Shown here piece after piece: positions 23,425-35,506 of a stretch of DNA of 64,000 nt. The notes beneath the pieces are model-generated. The model ran no database searches. It was not told the origin of the DNA and was given only the letters and a program-made list of their open reading frames with translations. Origin of the DNA: Octopus bimaculoides (lineage: Eukaryota); the NCBI RefSeq assembly GCF_001194135.2, contig NC_068983.1, positions 103,853,205-103,917,204 of the forward strand. Direction: 5' to 3'. Position 1 is the stretch's first letter, and each line of letters starts with the position of its first letter. The position numbers and the translations under genes were made by a program.

Positions 23425-23557
23425 AATATATATGCATATACATATATGTATATATGTATATATATGTGTGTATGTGTGTATTATATACCTATCTATGTAT
23501 ATATATGTATGTATATTTGTACATATATATGCTTTTTAGTTGGCAAATATATTATAC

Positions 23558-23600
<43 letters not shown>

Positions 23601-24332
23601 CATATATATATATGTATGTATANNNNNNNNNNNNNNNNNNNNNNNNNNNNNNNNNNNNNNNNNNNNNNNNNNNNNNNNNNNNNNNNNNNNNNNNNNNNNN
23701 NNNNNNNNNNNNNNNNNNNNNNNNNNNNNNNNNNNNNNNNNNNNNNNNNNNNNNNNNNNNNNNNNNNNNNNNNNNNNNNNNNNNNNNNNNNNNNNNNNNN
23801 NNNNNNNNNNNNNNNNNNNNNNNNNNNNNNNNNNNNNNNNNNNNNNNNNNNNNNNNNNNNNNNNNNNNNNNNNNNNNNNNNNNNNNNNNNNNNNNNNNNN
23901 NNNNNNNNNNNNNNNNNNNNNNNNNNNNNNNNNNNNNNNNNNNNNNNNNNNNNNNNNNNNNNNNNNNNNNNNNNNNNNNNNNNNNNNNNNNNNNNNNNNN
24001 NNNNNNNNNNNNNNNNNNNNNNAAGGAAGCCATAATTTTACATGCTCTTTATTGTTTTTACTTGTAACAGTCATTTGGATTGTGGTCATACTGGGGCGCT
24101 GCAGTCCACTGAAGAGTTTTTTGGTCAGACAAATCAACTCCAGTATTTATTATTTTAATTTAATCTGGTACTTATTCTATCAGCCTCTTTTGCCAAATTG
24201 CTAAGTTGTGTGGATGTAAACAAACAAACACCAGTTGTCAAACAGTAGTAAGGGACAAACAGAGTCATAAGGATACACACATAAACACAACTACTACTCC
24301 CTCCAACACACATACCAACACACACACATGTA

Positions 24333-24530
24333 TCATCATCATCCTCAACATCATTTAATGTCTGTTTTCCATGCTGGCATGGGTTGGACGGTTTGACCAG
24401 AGCTGATATGGCCAGGGGCCACACCAGGCTCCATTGTCTGTTCTGGCATGATTTCTATGGCTGGGTGCCCATTTTAATACCAACCACTCCACAGAGTGTA
24501 CTGGGTGCTTTTTAGGTGGCACCAGCACTT
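24333..24530 (-). mobile_element. SINE-D 3' part
   Basis: (CAT)n TTTTCCATGCTGGCATGGGTTGGACGG...CCAACCACTCCACAGAGTGTA. Confidence 0.8.
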
Positions 24531-24589
24531 GTATCAATTCTGATGTGGAGGACAGGTTTTCTTATATATATATACATATATATATTCCC

Positions 24590-24815
24590 TTCCGGTCATT
24601 TCAATATGTGATTGCATGTGTATTATTGGTGATTTTCTTTCTCCGTCTTCCATTCTTTGGACTTTTTCTATATTTCTGATGAAGTGCTCCACTCAAAATG
24701 TGAAATCCTCTTTTTTTTTTCTTCCTTTCCTGAAAGTCCAATAACAGAGTACTTGTACCACGTCCTTGCATTGTTGTTTTTTCTTGCTTGTTCTTCTTTG
24801 GATTGACAATATATA
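24590..24815 (+). mobile_element. Penelope-type short terminal repeat with decayed hammerhead motif
   Basis: ATTT-CTGATGA-A-GTGC(TCC)ACTC-AAAATGTG-AAAT at 24672-24705; bounded by (TA)n. Confidence 0.5.
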
Positions 24816-24990
24816 TATGAGAATTTACGAAAAAAAGCAACAGACGAAGACAGGTGGTGTAAACAACAAATGGATGTATTAGTATAACGCTCAGGAATAG
24901 AGAAAGTCTTTAACGTTTCGAGCCTACGCTCTTCAACTGAAAGGAACACAGAAAGAAACAAGGAGAGAAAAAAATATAAATGTAGTGGTC
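24815..24990 (-). mobile_element. Penelope-type short terminal repeat with hammerhead-like motif; homologous to 62263-62460
   Basis: Minus strand CTTT-CAGTTGA-A-GAGC(GTAG)GCTC-GAAACGTT-AAAG at 24908-24943. Confidence 0.55.
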
Positions 24991-25410
24991 AGCAATTTAT
25001 CACATGAGGAGTTTCCACATGTGTTTCCATCCACCAAATTCATTCATAAAGTAATCAGTTAGCTAGAGCTAAAGTACAAGTCAATAATAGCCCAAGGTGC
25101 TGCATTGTGTAATTGAACCCAAAATTATATGGTTGCAAAGCAAGCATCTTAACCACACAGCCATGCTTGCACATCTTGATAACTGAAAAATAAATGAACT
25201 TATGGTTCTGTATATAGTTAACACAGTTAAGAGTAAGAATGGCAACAATATGGCTGACAAAAGATACCTCAGGGAAGCATCCTGCTTACTAAATATAAAT
25301 ACAGTTGAGATCTTTTATACACACAGACTCACAAACACACACACACACACACACACACTCACATATACACTCACACACACACACACACACATATATATAT
25401 GTATATACAT

Positions 25411-25453
<43 letters not shown>

Positions 25454-25682
25454 CACACACATATATGTGTGTGTGTGTATATGTATGTATATTTGTAATA
25501 TAGTGAGTTGAAAAACTTTAATCACTGTTAGATGTATAAAAAAATTCTTTTTAATGTGTTATTCCAATGCATAGTCTGGGTTTTCGTTACTATTAAACTA
25601 CATTAATGTTTTATTTGTATATTCACTGATTATCATCAGGTGCCTTGTGACTTATCATGATACACACACACAAGTGCACATG

Positions 25683-25713
<31 letters not shown>

Positions 25714-25881
25714 TCAAACACACTACACTCAAACACACATGCACACACACAAACACACACACACACACATCAGATATACATATATAGACATTTGCCCTTA
25801 GTATAAAGGTGTAATTGTATTCTAATGACTAGGATGGCATGAAGGTGGCAAAAATAAATAATAATAATAATAATAATAATA

Positions 25882-25913
<32 letters not shown>

Positions 25914-25949
25914 AACAACAACAACAATAATAATAATAATGATTTCATT

Positions 25950-26900
25950 TATTTGTCACAAGGGCGAAGAATGAGGGGGACAATACTAAGACAGACATGA
26001 AGTGTGGGGGTTTCCATATAATGAAATGATAAAAAAAAAAAGAGAAAGAAAGAAAGAAAGTATACACTGTATACACTGAAAAAGAAGGGAGATATGCATA
26101 GCATAAAAAGGCTTTAAAAAAATAGTAGTGGGGAGGATGATAGAGATGTGGCCATCCTGATACAGGAAAGCCTCTAGGGATAATCAAGGACACACTCTGA
26201 GATTTCCCTGAAACCCCAGGAACAAGTCCTCTCTCCAATTCTTTCTCTCTGACTCACAGGTCAACACTTCGAGAGGTACCATCCACTCTTGCCATTTTCG
26301 CAACTTTCACCCACCTTACAATAAACTCACTCGAGGACAGCACTTCCTTCTCCACTCTCAGTTCCCTTTTCAAGTGAAACTTGAAGAAGTCAATGAGAGC
26401 TCTAGCAAAGAGGAATGTATCTGTCCCCATGCCTTTCAACTTTGTCCACCAAACAACCTTTGTCCACCAAGCAAAGGAAAACTGTCTTGCCTGCCTGAAT
26501 GAAGGAGGGCTGCAGTGCAATCATCACTACAGACTTGGCACACATGACAGCAGCTATTCGACATAACCCCACACGTCAATAATGCCCAGAACACTGGACA
26601 AGGGCATGCAGAATGGTTTCATCACTCTACATGCACCTTGGACAAGCCTATCTGATAGTACATCCATGCCTGTAGAGTTTATCTCAAACCAGTAGCACCG
26701 GTTTCGAAATTATCCATGATAGATGCCAACTGAAATTTCGAAATTATCCATGATAGATCCCAATCAGAAAGTCCTCCAGAACAGACTAGCCAGTTCATTC
26801 TTGTTGGCACCCAGAGTCTCCCTGAGAACATCATTGCACTTCCTTGTCAATAATCCTCTATAAATTTCTAAAGCAGAACATCCACCAATTCCATTGCCCA
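25950..26900 (-). pseudogene. L1/Tx1-clade LINE 3' end
   Basis: ...VVWWTKLKGMGTDTFLFARALIDFFKFHLKRELRVEKEVLSSSEFIVRWVKVAKMARVDGT; upstream decayed CCHC region; clade call by resemblance. Confidence 0.7.
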
Positions 26901-27039
26901 ACTGATAGAGGGCTATGAGCATAGCATTTTTTAATAAATAAAATTATCTGTAATTATATATCTGTTTTTTTTATAAACATAAATCTGTCCTCAAATATCT
27001 TACACACCCTGTATGTGTGTGTGTGTGTTTCTGTGTCTG

Positions 27040-27275
27040 TGTCTGTCTGTCTGTCTGTCTGTGTTTGTATCCCACCACTGACCACAGTATGACAGCCAGT
27101 GTTGGTGTGCTTACATCCCCATAACTTAGCAGTTTAGCAAAAGAGACCTATAGAATAAGTTTCAGGGTTAAAAAAATTAAGTACTGAGATCAATTCATTC
27201 AACTAAAATTTTATGGTGGTGCCCCAGCATGACCACAGTCTAATGACTGAAACAGATAAAAAAATAAAAGAGAAT
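27040..27275 (+). mobile_element. SINE-B 3' half
   Basis: GGTGTGCTTACATCCCCATAACTTAGC...CCCCAGCATGACCACAGTCTAATGACTGAAAC. Confidence 0.75.
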
Positions 27276-27450
27276 AATACTACACTACATTCAATACACT
27301 GACTCACTCGCACATGCACGAATATTTTAATTATTAGGAGAATAAGGAACAGCATAAAGGTCTTAAGCTCATTGTATTGTGTCTATTAAAGCAACACTTA
27401 AGTATGCATACACTGGATACTAAGGACTTGAATCAAGTCATTGAAGGTAA

Positions 27451-28092
27451 ACTGGGGACGATGTAATCGACTTAGTCCCTTTGTCTGTCCTTGTTTGTTC
27501 CCTCTGTGTTTAGCCCCTTGTAGGCAATAAAGAATTAAATATTGTCAGTATGTCAGAAACATTTGCAATATATATGCCATATGAACACCTACACGTTCAG
27601 TGTAGAGAAATAACGTAGGTGAGATATTTTAAAGGAAATATATAATATGTAGTACATGAGTTAAATATGACTAACAGAGAATCAACACATACAGAACAAT
27701 AAGAACTATGTAAGCAATCAAACCAATGAGGGAGTCTTCATTTGGTTGCTTAACCCTCTGAAAGTCGTTGCTAAATTTCCCTCAAACCACACCTATCATA
27801 GACTTAAATAAGGAAGGACACAATTAAATAAGGTCCATCATAACAAGTGTACATAAATGGGGTTAAAATAGGGTTAAACAACAACCATATGGATACAGCA
27901 TGCATGGATACGTACTCATATATTTCTGATATTCTGAGTGAATTATTAAAGTAGGTGTTCATATGGCATATATATTGCAGATGTTTCTGACATACTGACA
28001 ATATTTAATTCTTTATTGCCTACAAGGGGCTAAACACAGAGGGAACAAACAAGGACAGACAAAGGGACTAAGTCGATTACATCGTCCCCAGT
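27451..28092. repeat. 142-bp inverted duplication (27451-27592 / 27951-28092)
   Basis: Arms are reverse complements with one visible mismatch; each contains a SINE-C 3' end plus about 55 bp of non-SINE flank. Confidence 0.9.
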
Positions 28093-28236
28093 GCGTAACT
28101 GGTACTTATTTAATCGACCCCGAAAGGATGAAAGGCAAAGTCGACCTCGGCAGAATTTGAACTCAGAACGTAGCAGCAGACGAAATACCGCTAAGCATTT
28201 CACCCAGCGGGCTAACATTTCTGCCAACTCGCCGCC
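27998..28236 (-). mobile_element. SINE-C, full length, young
   Basis: Reverse complement GGCGGCGAGTTGGCAGAAATGTTAG...GAGTTCAAATTCTGCCGAGGTCGACTTTGCCTTTCATCCTTTCGGGGTCGATTAAATAAGTACCAG; CpGs retained. Confidence 0.9.
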
Positions 28237-28287
28237 ACTGACAATATTAAGTATTTGTAACAAAAAATATATATTGTTAGAACATAT

Positions 28288-28495
28288 ATCATCATCATCA
28301 TCATCGTTGTTTAACGTCCGCTTTCCATGCTAGCATGGGTTGCACGATTTGACTGAGGACTGGTGAAACCAGATGGCTACACCAGGCTCCAATCTGATTT
28401 GGCAGAGTTTCTGCAGCTGGATGCCCCTCCTAACGCCAACCACTCTGAGAGTGTAGTGGGTGCTTTTACTTGCCACCAGCACGAGGGCTAGTCTT
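28288..28495 (-). mobile_element. SINE-D 3' part
   Basis: (CAT)n CGTTGTTTAACGTCCGCTTTCCATGCTAGCATGGGTTG...GGATGCCCCTCCTAACGCCAACC. Confidence 0.85.
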
Positions 28496-28959
28496 TGTGA
28501 ATATAAGGCTGGGGTCATTTACTACATGAACTGTAAATAAATTCAAAGAAAATAGAAGGAAAGAATTTTAGAGGCAAAATTATCAGAAGTGGAAGAAAAT
28601 ATTTAGGAGTTGTAGTGAGGTGAATTTGTTAGAAGAGAGGGAGAAAGAGAAGGAGGTGGGAGATAAAGTTTCTGGTCAATAGGGGAACATAATAGTTCTT
28701 GGTAAATCAGTGGTTTATCACCTAACAGTAAAACTATACATACACATATTCGTGTATATGTGTATACTTTCTCTGTGCACCTTTGGTATCCTATAGGCAT
28801 GCAAATGAGTGTACATGCCTGCATATTCTCATGTGTAGAGAGGAAGACGTAAGGAGATCACAAGGGTAAGAAAAATATAAAGTTAGTTAAAAAAGTTGTT
28901 TGTTAGAATACATACAAGCTTGAAGTGGGGGAAAAGGAATGTTGTAGGAGGTGGTGCTA

Positions 28960-29840
28960 TTATTTGTACTTTGAGAATGTGTTATGTAATCTGTGTTTAC
29001 AATTAAAAATTAGATGGTTCCATTCATTCAGACATATAGTGGATTGCATAATAGAAAAGACTTCCACAATGCATAGATTGCATTTGTTGTTACAACTGTT
29101 ATACAGTTTGGCATGGGTAACTATGGACCATTTTAAATTATATAGAATTGAGTTTTGTTTTAGGCTATGAATTAGTGAGATAAAGAAGTGCTGTTAGTTC
29201 TTGCTTGGGGTTGGAAGTTAGACTAGTGATTACCTACTCTGATCTTGAAGGTAGTGCTGCACAAACTGATGTATACATAACTGGAATTCTCAGTTGATAC
29301 AGCACATTTGTATACAATATTTTTTGTGAGGCATCTATTATCTAAAGGACAGGAGGTGGGGCGTCTACAGCTGCATAGGATTCTAGAAGGTGCTAGAGTG
29401 GAATTTACAGGGTTATAATCATCTAGGGTTAACCTGGTGTTTTTCAGGGTGGTTAGAGGGTTGTCTAGGGGATGTAGCTTATAATAGTTCTCATGTCTAA
29501 TGATATTATTCCTATTATTGCCTATTTCAGTGGTGGGGCTAGTGGGGTCATAAGGTCAGTCAAGGGTATTGGGAGGAGTAATAGAACTAGGGTTAGTGGT
29601 GTGAGGGTCGGTATTGGTAAGGAGGTTTAAGAATGTCCTAGTGTTATGGGTGGGGAGCTGGAGGTTATGGTGAGTTGTGTTACTGAGATTAAAATTAACT
29701 AATTGCTGGTTCCCAAGTTTGTTATTGTTCAAGTGTCTTATTATACCAGCAATGTTAGTTGTGGTTGAGTAGGGAAACTTAATCAATAGGGGTTGAAGAT
29801 TTGAAAGATATATAGCCTGGATTTTATATGCCCTATTCCC
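28960..29840 (-). pseudogene. Penelope-like element C-terminus with GIY-YIG endonuclease
   Basis: IKFPYSTTTNIAGIIRHLNNNKL-[long linker]-CSCRRPTSCPLDNRCLTKNIVYKCAVSTENSSYVYISLCSTTFKIRVGNH...LKWSIVTHAKLYNSCNNKCNLCIVE. Confidence 0.9.
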
Positions 29841-29903
29841 TTAATTTGGATATGCATACATATACGTCCCACCCATGCTAGCATGGAAGGCAGACATCAA
29901 ACA

Positions 29904-29968
<65 letters not shown>

Positions 29969-30032
29969 ATGTATACACACACACACACATATATATATGT
30001 ATATACACACAGTATCCTTGTAGCATACACAT

Positions 30033-30392
30033 ACCAACCACATGGTTCCGGGTTCATTCCCACTGCGTGGCATCTTGGCCAAGTGTCTTCTACTATAGCC
30101 TCGGGCTGACCAAAGCCTTGTGAGTGAATTTGGTAGATGGAAACTGAAAGAAGCCTGTCGTATATATGAATGTATGTGTATGTGTATGTTTGTGTGTCTG
30201 TGTTTGTCCCAACATCGCTTGACAACCGATGCTGGTGTGTTTATGTCCCCGTAACTTAGCGGTTCAGCAAAAGAGACCGATAGAATAAGTACTAGGCTTC
30301 CAAAGAATAAGTCCTGGGGTCGATTTGCTCGACTAAAGGTGGTGTTCCAGCATGGCCACAGTCAAATGACTGAAACAAGTAAAAGAGTAAAA
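30033..30392 (+). mobile_element. SINE-B (5' few bases missing), young
   Basis: ACCAACCACATGGTTCCGGGTTCATTCCCACTGCGTGGC...GTAAAAGAGTAAAAGAG. Confidence 0.9.
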
Positions 30393-30585
30393 GAGTATAT
30401 ATGGTGTGTGGTGTGTGAGACAGGGATATATAGAATGTTTCTGCTACTCGGATATAAAATATACCCATAACACATGGATATATGTGTTTGTAACACAGAT
30501 ATATGTAGTAAATTTGTAACATGCAAAAATGTAGCATGCTTAGAACACACACACACACAAACACACACATGCGTGCACATGCACA

Positions 30586-30617
<32 letters not shown>

Positions 30618-31200
30618 TGCAGTCATGCTCACAACATAGATATGTAGGTATTTTACAACACAAATTTATAGTGTAAGTGTGAGATGCAGATCAACAGGCA
30701 CTGTTAGTTTTATAAACATCAAACTAATGTTGTTGGTCAGGAAAATATCTACAGCAAGGCAGCATTTGTGTGGTATACAGCTGTACAATCTTCAGATAAT
30801 CTTTACTAAAGTGACATCAGCAATACCAAATTCTAAGATAGTTATTTTCATGTGTTAGTAATTCATCATATTCTAGCTTATTGTTTATTAGTTTTTGCCG
30901 AAAACTAGTTGCTGAACAAGAAGAAACCACATTCCTTTAAGTGAATCATTGTTGTTGTTGTTGATAATAACTGTAGGGAATATTTTTTTTTGAGTATGTA
31001 TCTAAAAGAAAAGGTTGTATTATTCTCAAGGAGATTTTCTTCAGGTATGTTCAAGCTGTTTAGAAAGAAGTTTAATCCCATTTTACTATACAAGTTGTGG
31101 ATGGATGCTTTAAATCCATAAATTGCATGACAAACAATTCCCTCTTTCTAAATCTTACTATTATAAGTAAATTATTATTACAATTAAACTTTGGGAGAGG

Positions 31201-31257
<57 letters not shown>

Positions 31258-31499
31258 CTTTCTTCAAATTTTCTTCCATTTCTCGCCGAGTGTTTTCCGT
31301 ACACCTAGGGCAGAGAAACTCGTTGTATGCATTCCCAGTTTACACACACAAATTCACAGGTAAAATATGTATTTAACACAAAAAAAAAAAATTCATGAAT
31401 GGATGTTGCTTTCACAGCGATAATGTTCTTCTCAGTACATGAGTCATTCCAGTTAACACGACTTTTTGCACTTTTATTATTATTATTGTCTCCTTCATT

Positions 31500-31890
31500 G
31501 AACTCGAAACTTGGCTTGCGAAGACCTGTTGGGGCAAGTGAAGCGAAATCGTGATGGCACCTGTGCCCAGCATCGCCTTCCTGGCACTTGTGCCGGTGGC
31601 ACGTGTAAAGACATTTTAGCGAGATCATTGCTAGTGCCGCTGGACTGGCTCCTGTGCAGGTGGCACGTAAAATACACCATTTTGAGCGAGACCGTTGCTA
31701 GTGCCGCTGGACTAGCCCTCGTGCTGGTGGCACGTAAAAGCACCCTCTACACTCTCGGAGTGGTTGGCGTTAGGAAGGGTATCCAGCTGTAGAAACTCTG
31801 TCAAATCAGATTGGAGTCTGATGTAGCCATCTGGTTCACCAGTCCTCAATCAAATCGTCCAACCCATGCTAGCATGGAAAGCGAACGTTA
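31500..31890 (+). mobile_element. SINE-D, long form with internal ~65-bp tandem subrepeats
   Basis: GCTAGTGCCGCTGGACT...GGTGGCACGTAAAA twice plus a degenerate third copy; GGTTGGCGTTAGGAAGGGTATCCAGCTGTAGAAA; (GAT)n tail. Confidence 0.85.
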
Positions 31891-31913
31891 AACGATGATG
31901 ATGATGATTATTA

Positions 31914-31972
<59 letters not shown>

Positions 31973-31976
<4 letters not shown>

Positions 31977-32185
31977 CAGGGAGCTGGCAGAATCGTTAGC
32001 GAATGAAATGCTTAGTGGTATTTTGTCCATCTTCACGTTCTGAGTTCAAATTCCTCTGAGGTTGACTTTGCCTTTCATCCTTTTGGGATTGATGAAATAA
32101 GTGCCAGTTGAATACTGGGGTCGATGTAATTGGCTATCCCTCACCCCCAAATTTCAGGCCTTGTACTTATAGTAGAAAGGATTAT
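31973..32185 (+). mobile_element. SINE-C
   Basis: GGCAGGGAGCTGGCAGAATCGTTAG...GAGTTCAAATTCC...GCCTTTCATCCTTTTGGG...AGTAGAAAGGATTATTATT. Confidence 0.85.
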
Positions 32186-32199
32186 TATTATCATCATCA

Positions 32200-32278
<79 letters not shown>

Positions 32279-32279
32279 T

Positions 32280-32672
32280 AGGTGCAGGAGTGGCTGTGGT
32301 AAGTAACTACAAGGTTCCGGGTTACCAACTACAAGGTTCTGGGTTCAGTCCCACTGTGTAGCACCTTGGGCAAGTGTCTTCTACTATCGCCTTGGGCTGA
32401 CCAAAGCCTTGTGAGTAGATTTGGTAGACAGAAATCGAGAGAAGCCAGTCATATATAAATGTGTGTGTGTGTATGTGTCTGTGTTTGTACCCCTAACATC
32501 GCTTGACAACCAATGTTGGTGTGTTCACGTCCGTGTAACTTAGCGCTTTGGCAAAAGAGACTGATAGAATAAGTACTAGGCTTACAAAGAATAAGTCTTG
32601 TGGGTCAATTTGTTCATCTAAAGGTGGTGCTCCAGCATGGCCGCAGTCAAATGACTGAAACAAATAAAAGAA
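32280..32672 (+). mobile_element. SINE-B with short internal duplication in the head
   Basis: GGTGCAGGAGTGGCTGTGG...; AACTACAAGGTTC.GGGTT repeated twice. Confidence 0.85.
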
Positions 32673-32694
32673 AAAAAGAAAAAGAATTAGTTGT

Positions 32695-32905
32695 CATCAT
32701 TTTAACATCCACTTTTCGTTGCTTGCAGTGTTCAGTTAGAATCCTTGAAGCAGATTTTCTCTGGTCAGACACCCTTCTTGTAACCAACCTTCCTCTGTCT
32801 CTGAGCAAAATAATATTTCCTCTTGGCCAGACATGTTTTCATGGAAGACTGGAAATGAAGGACACTGCTTGCATGATGGTGACACTCACAATCAGCATGC
32901 AATAC
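32695..32905 (-). mobile_element. SINE-E (related copies 43230-43445 + and 47370-47590 +)
   Basis: Shared ACATGTCTGGCCA..GGAAATATTA...GGAAACAGGTGA...AGAAAATCTG...GGAAAAGTGGAYGTTAAAATGATG. Confidence 0.6.
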
Positions 32906-33139
32906 CAAAACAAGGAGAAACACACACACACACACACACACACATACAAATGCACACACACACACATGCGTGCACACACACGCATAAACACACACAAACA
33001 CACACATAAAGCTTTATGGTTACTTCAATGATACAGTAAATTTACTGCCCTTCCTCAACCCTTGAATTGAGGATCATTACCCACCCTCTCTTCTGTTCTT
33101 TCTCAGTTTTAGGGGCCACTTCAAGGCTTTAACCTTGGA

Positions 33140-33345
33140 AGTTACCATCACTAGTACCATTGCCATGGAAAATACACCCTGTGCACTCTGTAAAATGGTT
33201 GGTCTTAAAGAGCATCCAGCTATAGAAACTATGCCACAGTTGACATTGGTGCATAATGCAGCCCTCCAACTCTTGTCAAATCATGTAGCCCGTGACAGCA
33301 CTGAAGCTGGAAGTTAAATGATGATGAGGAGGAGGATGGTGTTGG
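33140..33345 (+). mobile_element. Old SINE-D 3' part
   Basis: CACTCTGTAAAATGGTTGG...AGCATCCAGCTATAGAAAC...GTTAAATGATGATG. Confidence 0.65.
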
Positions 33346-34929
33346 TGGTGATTATGGTAATGATGATGATGAATTAGTTTGATTGCAAATATTGAGAAAA
33401 TAATTTTAAACACAGAGTAAGTATCTAAAAATAAACTTTTATTGGTTTATCTAGGTATGAAACACATGGACATAAATGATGATTTAATACTTTTAGACCA
33501 AACAAAAACCACTTCAAATATTTTTGTATTCATTATCCTTTTGTAATAAACCAGCTACTGAAACACATTTGACAGTTTCTACGCTTGTTTAAGCAGCTGA
33601 TTATTTGGTTTAGATGCATTCTTAATTCCATTCATTTGATGTTTAACAGGTTTTGTAGGATTTCTCTGTGTATAAAGTCAGTCAGATTATATATGTCACA
33701 TGTAAAGGAATAAATTTTATATTATTCAGGAGTGAATCCAGATTAGTGATCACATAAGATCTGCATCAAATGAAAAGGAATGAGTTAAATATGTTCGCTG
33801 CTTAAAATGTGCTAACTTCCAAGAGTGTTCATGGTGTTTAGCTCTAGGCAAACTCTGATTGAGCAGATCTATGATCAAAGACGTTCCAACTGTGGCAATT
33901 CTTTCTTTTTTACAAGCACATTATCAGATCAAACCCTTTCCTTTTTATTCAACTGGTATGGCATAAAGGGCAGCACACATGACTTTTGCAGGCCTTCTCT
34001 CTGATCCCAGTGAGATCAATATAGAAAGACTGGAAGTGATATGATGAGTACAGGGCCTGAAGGAGTGGGCACAATATTAGTAATATGAAGGATACAGTTA
34101 AGTGAGAGGAAAAGTGAAGTTTGAAAAAGATTTCACTGCTCTTTCTAACCAATCAAGGGATTTGTAGAGGCTCCCTCAATAGCTTGTATTAAAAAAGGTT
34201 TTATTGTAGAGATGTTGAGAAATCCACTAGACGATGAAAATATTGAACTATGCAGAGAAAAGATGATTGTTTTGATGTAATCTTATAAGATGTAATGAAA
34301 GTTATCCTAACAAAGATAAACCAAGGAAACCTTTGATCAAAATTAGAATCATATATGACATGATGAAGGACAGAGACACAAGAAAACAAGGTTTGATACA
34401 AATGCATACCTGTTCTAGATTTAATGCAATATGGTTACAACTACCTTAAGGAGTTTATTCTTGCAGCTTCATTACTTGAGTTGGTAATTAACAATGGATT
34501 AAGTTACTATTTTCTTATGAAGATCTAACATTCTAAGGTGATTGTGTAATTATTTAATGATTACCACACAATATACTAATATATACTAGTGAAATACATG
34601 TAAAAATTATGTAATTCATAATAAAGAGTCTCTGCTCTCAGTTGTACACTGTAAATTATTCAAATGCATTTAATACCAAAAGAAAATCAGATGACAATAT
34701 TAAGCTTAATACTCAACTGGGAGGTCTAAGCATTGGTTAACTGTCACCTATCTAATTTTAAATAGTAATTTTTTTATATATATAGATATACACATAGGTG
34801 CAGGCCTGGCTGTGTTTAAGGAGGAGTTTGCTTCCCAAGCACATGGTCTTGGGTATAGTCTCAGTGTATGGCACCTTGGGAAAGTGTCTTCTATAGCAGC
34901 CTTTGGTAGACGTTAACTGAAAGAAGACT

Positions 34930-35485
34930 ATGTGCAAAGATACAGAAATCATGATTTAGTAATTCCATCACTACTGCTTGGCACTTTTTATCTGCTGCAG
35001 ATACACTTCTATACTTTTTTGCATTATATGTCAATATGAGATGCTTTCTCGAGACAAATATTGCAGTTCTCTGCTTTCTATAATATATCCATGTTAAGTA
35101 AGATATACAGAACCATATTCTGAAACAATACTGCTCCTGTTGTTAAGGACAATTTTTTACCCAGTCCACCTACTATTTGCAATTCTGGTGATTATTTAGT
35201 CAGTTTATCAATAAAGGCTAAATTCATCTAAGCATGTGACTGAGAGCAGATACTTGCTACTGATGTCATGCAAAGACAAAAATCATGATTTAGTAATTCC
35301 ACCACTGCTGCTGTACACTTTTCATCTACTACTAATACACTTTGGTACTTTTTAGCTGTATTTTTTTCATCTACTACTGATAGACTTCTATACTTCTCAT
35401 CTTCATGAGTAGTTTTCACAAGATAAGTATGGCAGTTTTGTGGCTTTCTCTATGTATATCTACATTTAAGTCAGATATAGAGAAT
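34930..35485. repeat. Local direct duplication, ~190-220-bp units (34930-35115, 35265-35485)
   Basis: TGCAAAGA..AAATCATGATTTAGTAATTCCA.CACT.CTGC shared; second unit has an internal ~35-bp subduplication. Confidence 0.75.
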
Positions 35486-35506
35486 GATGTATGTATGTAT
35501 GTATGT

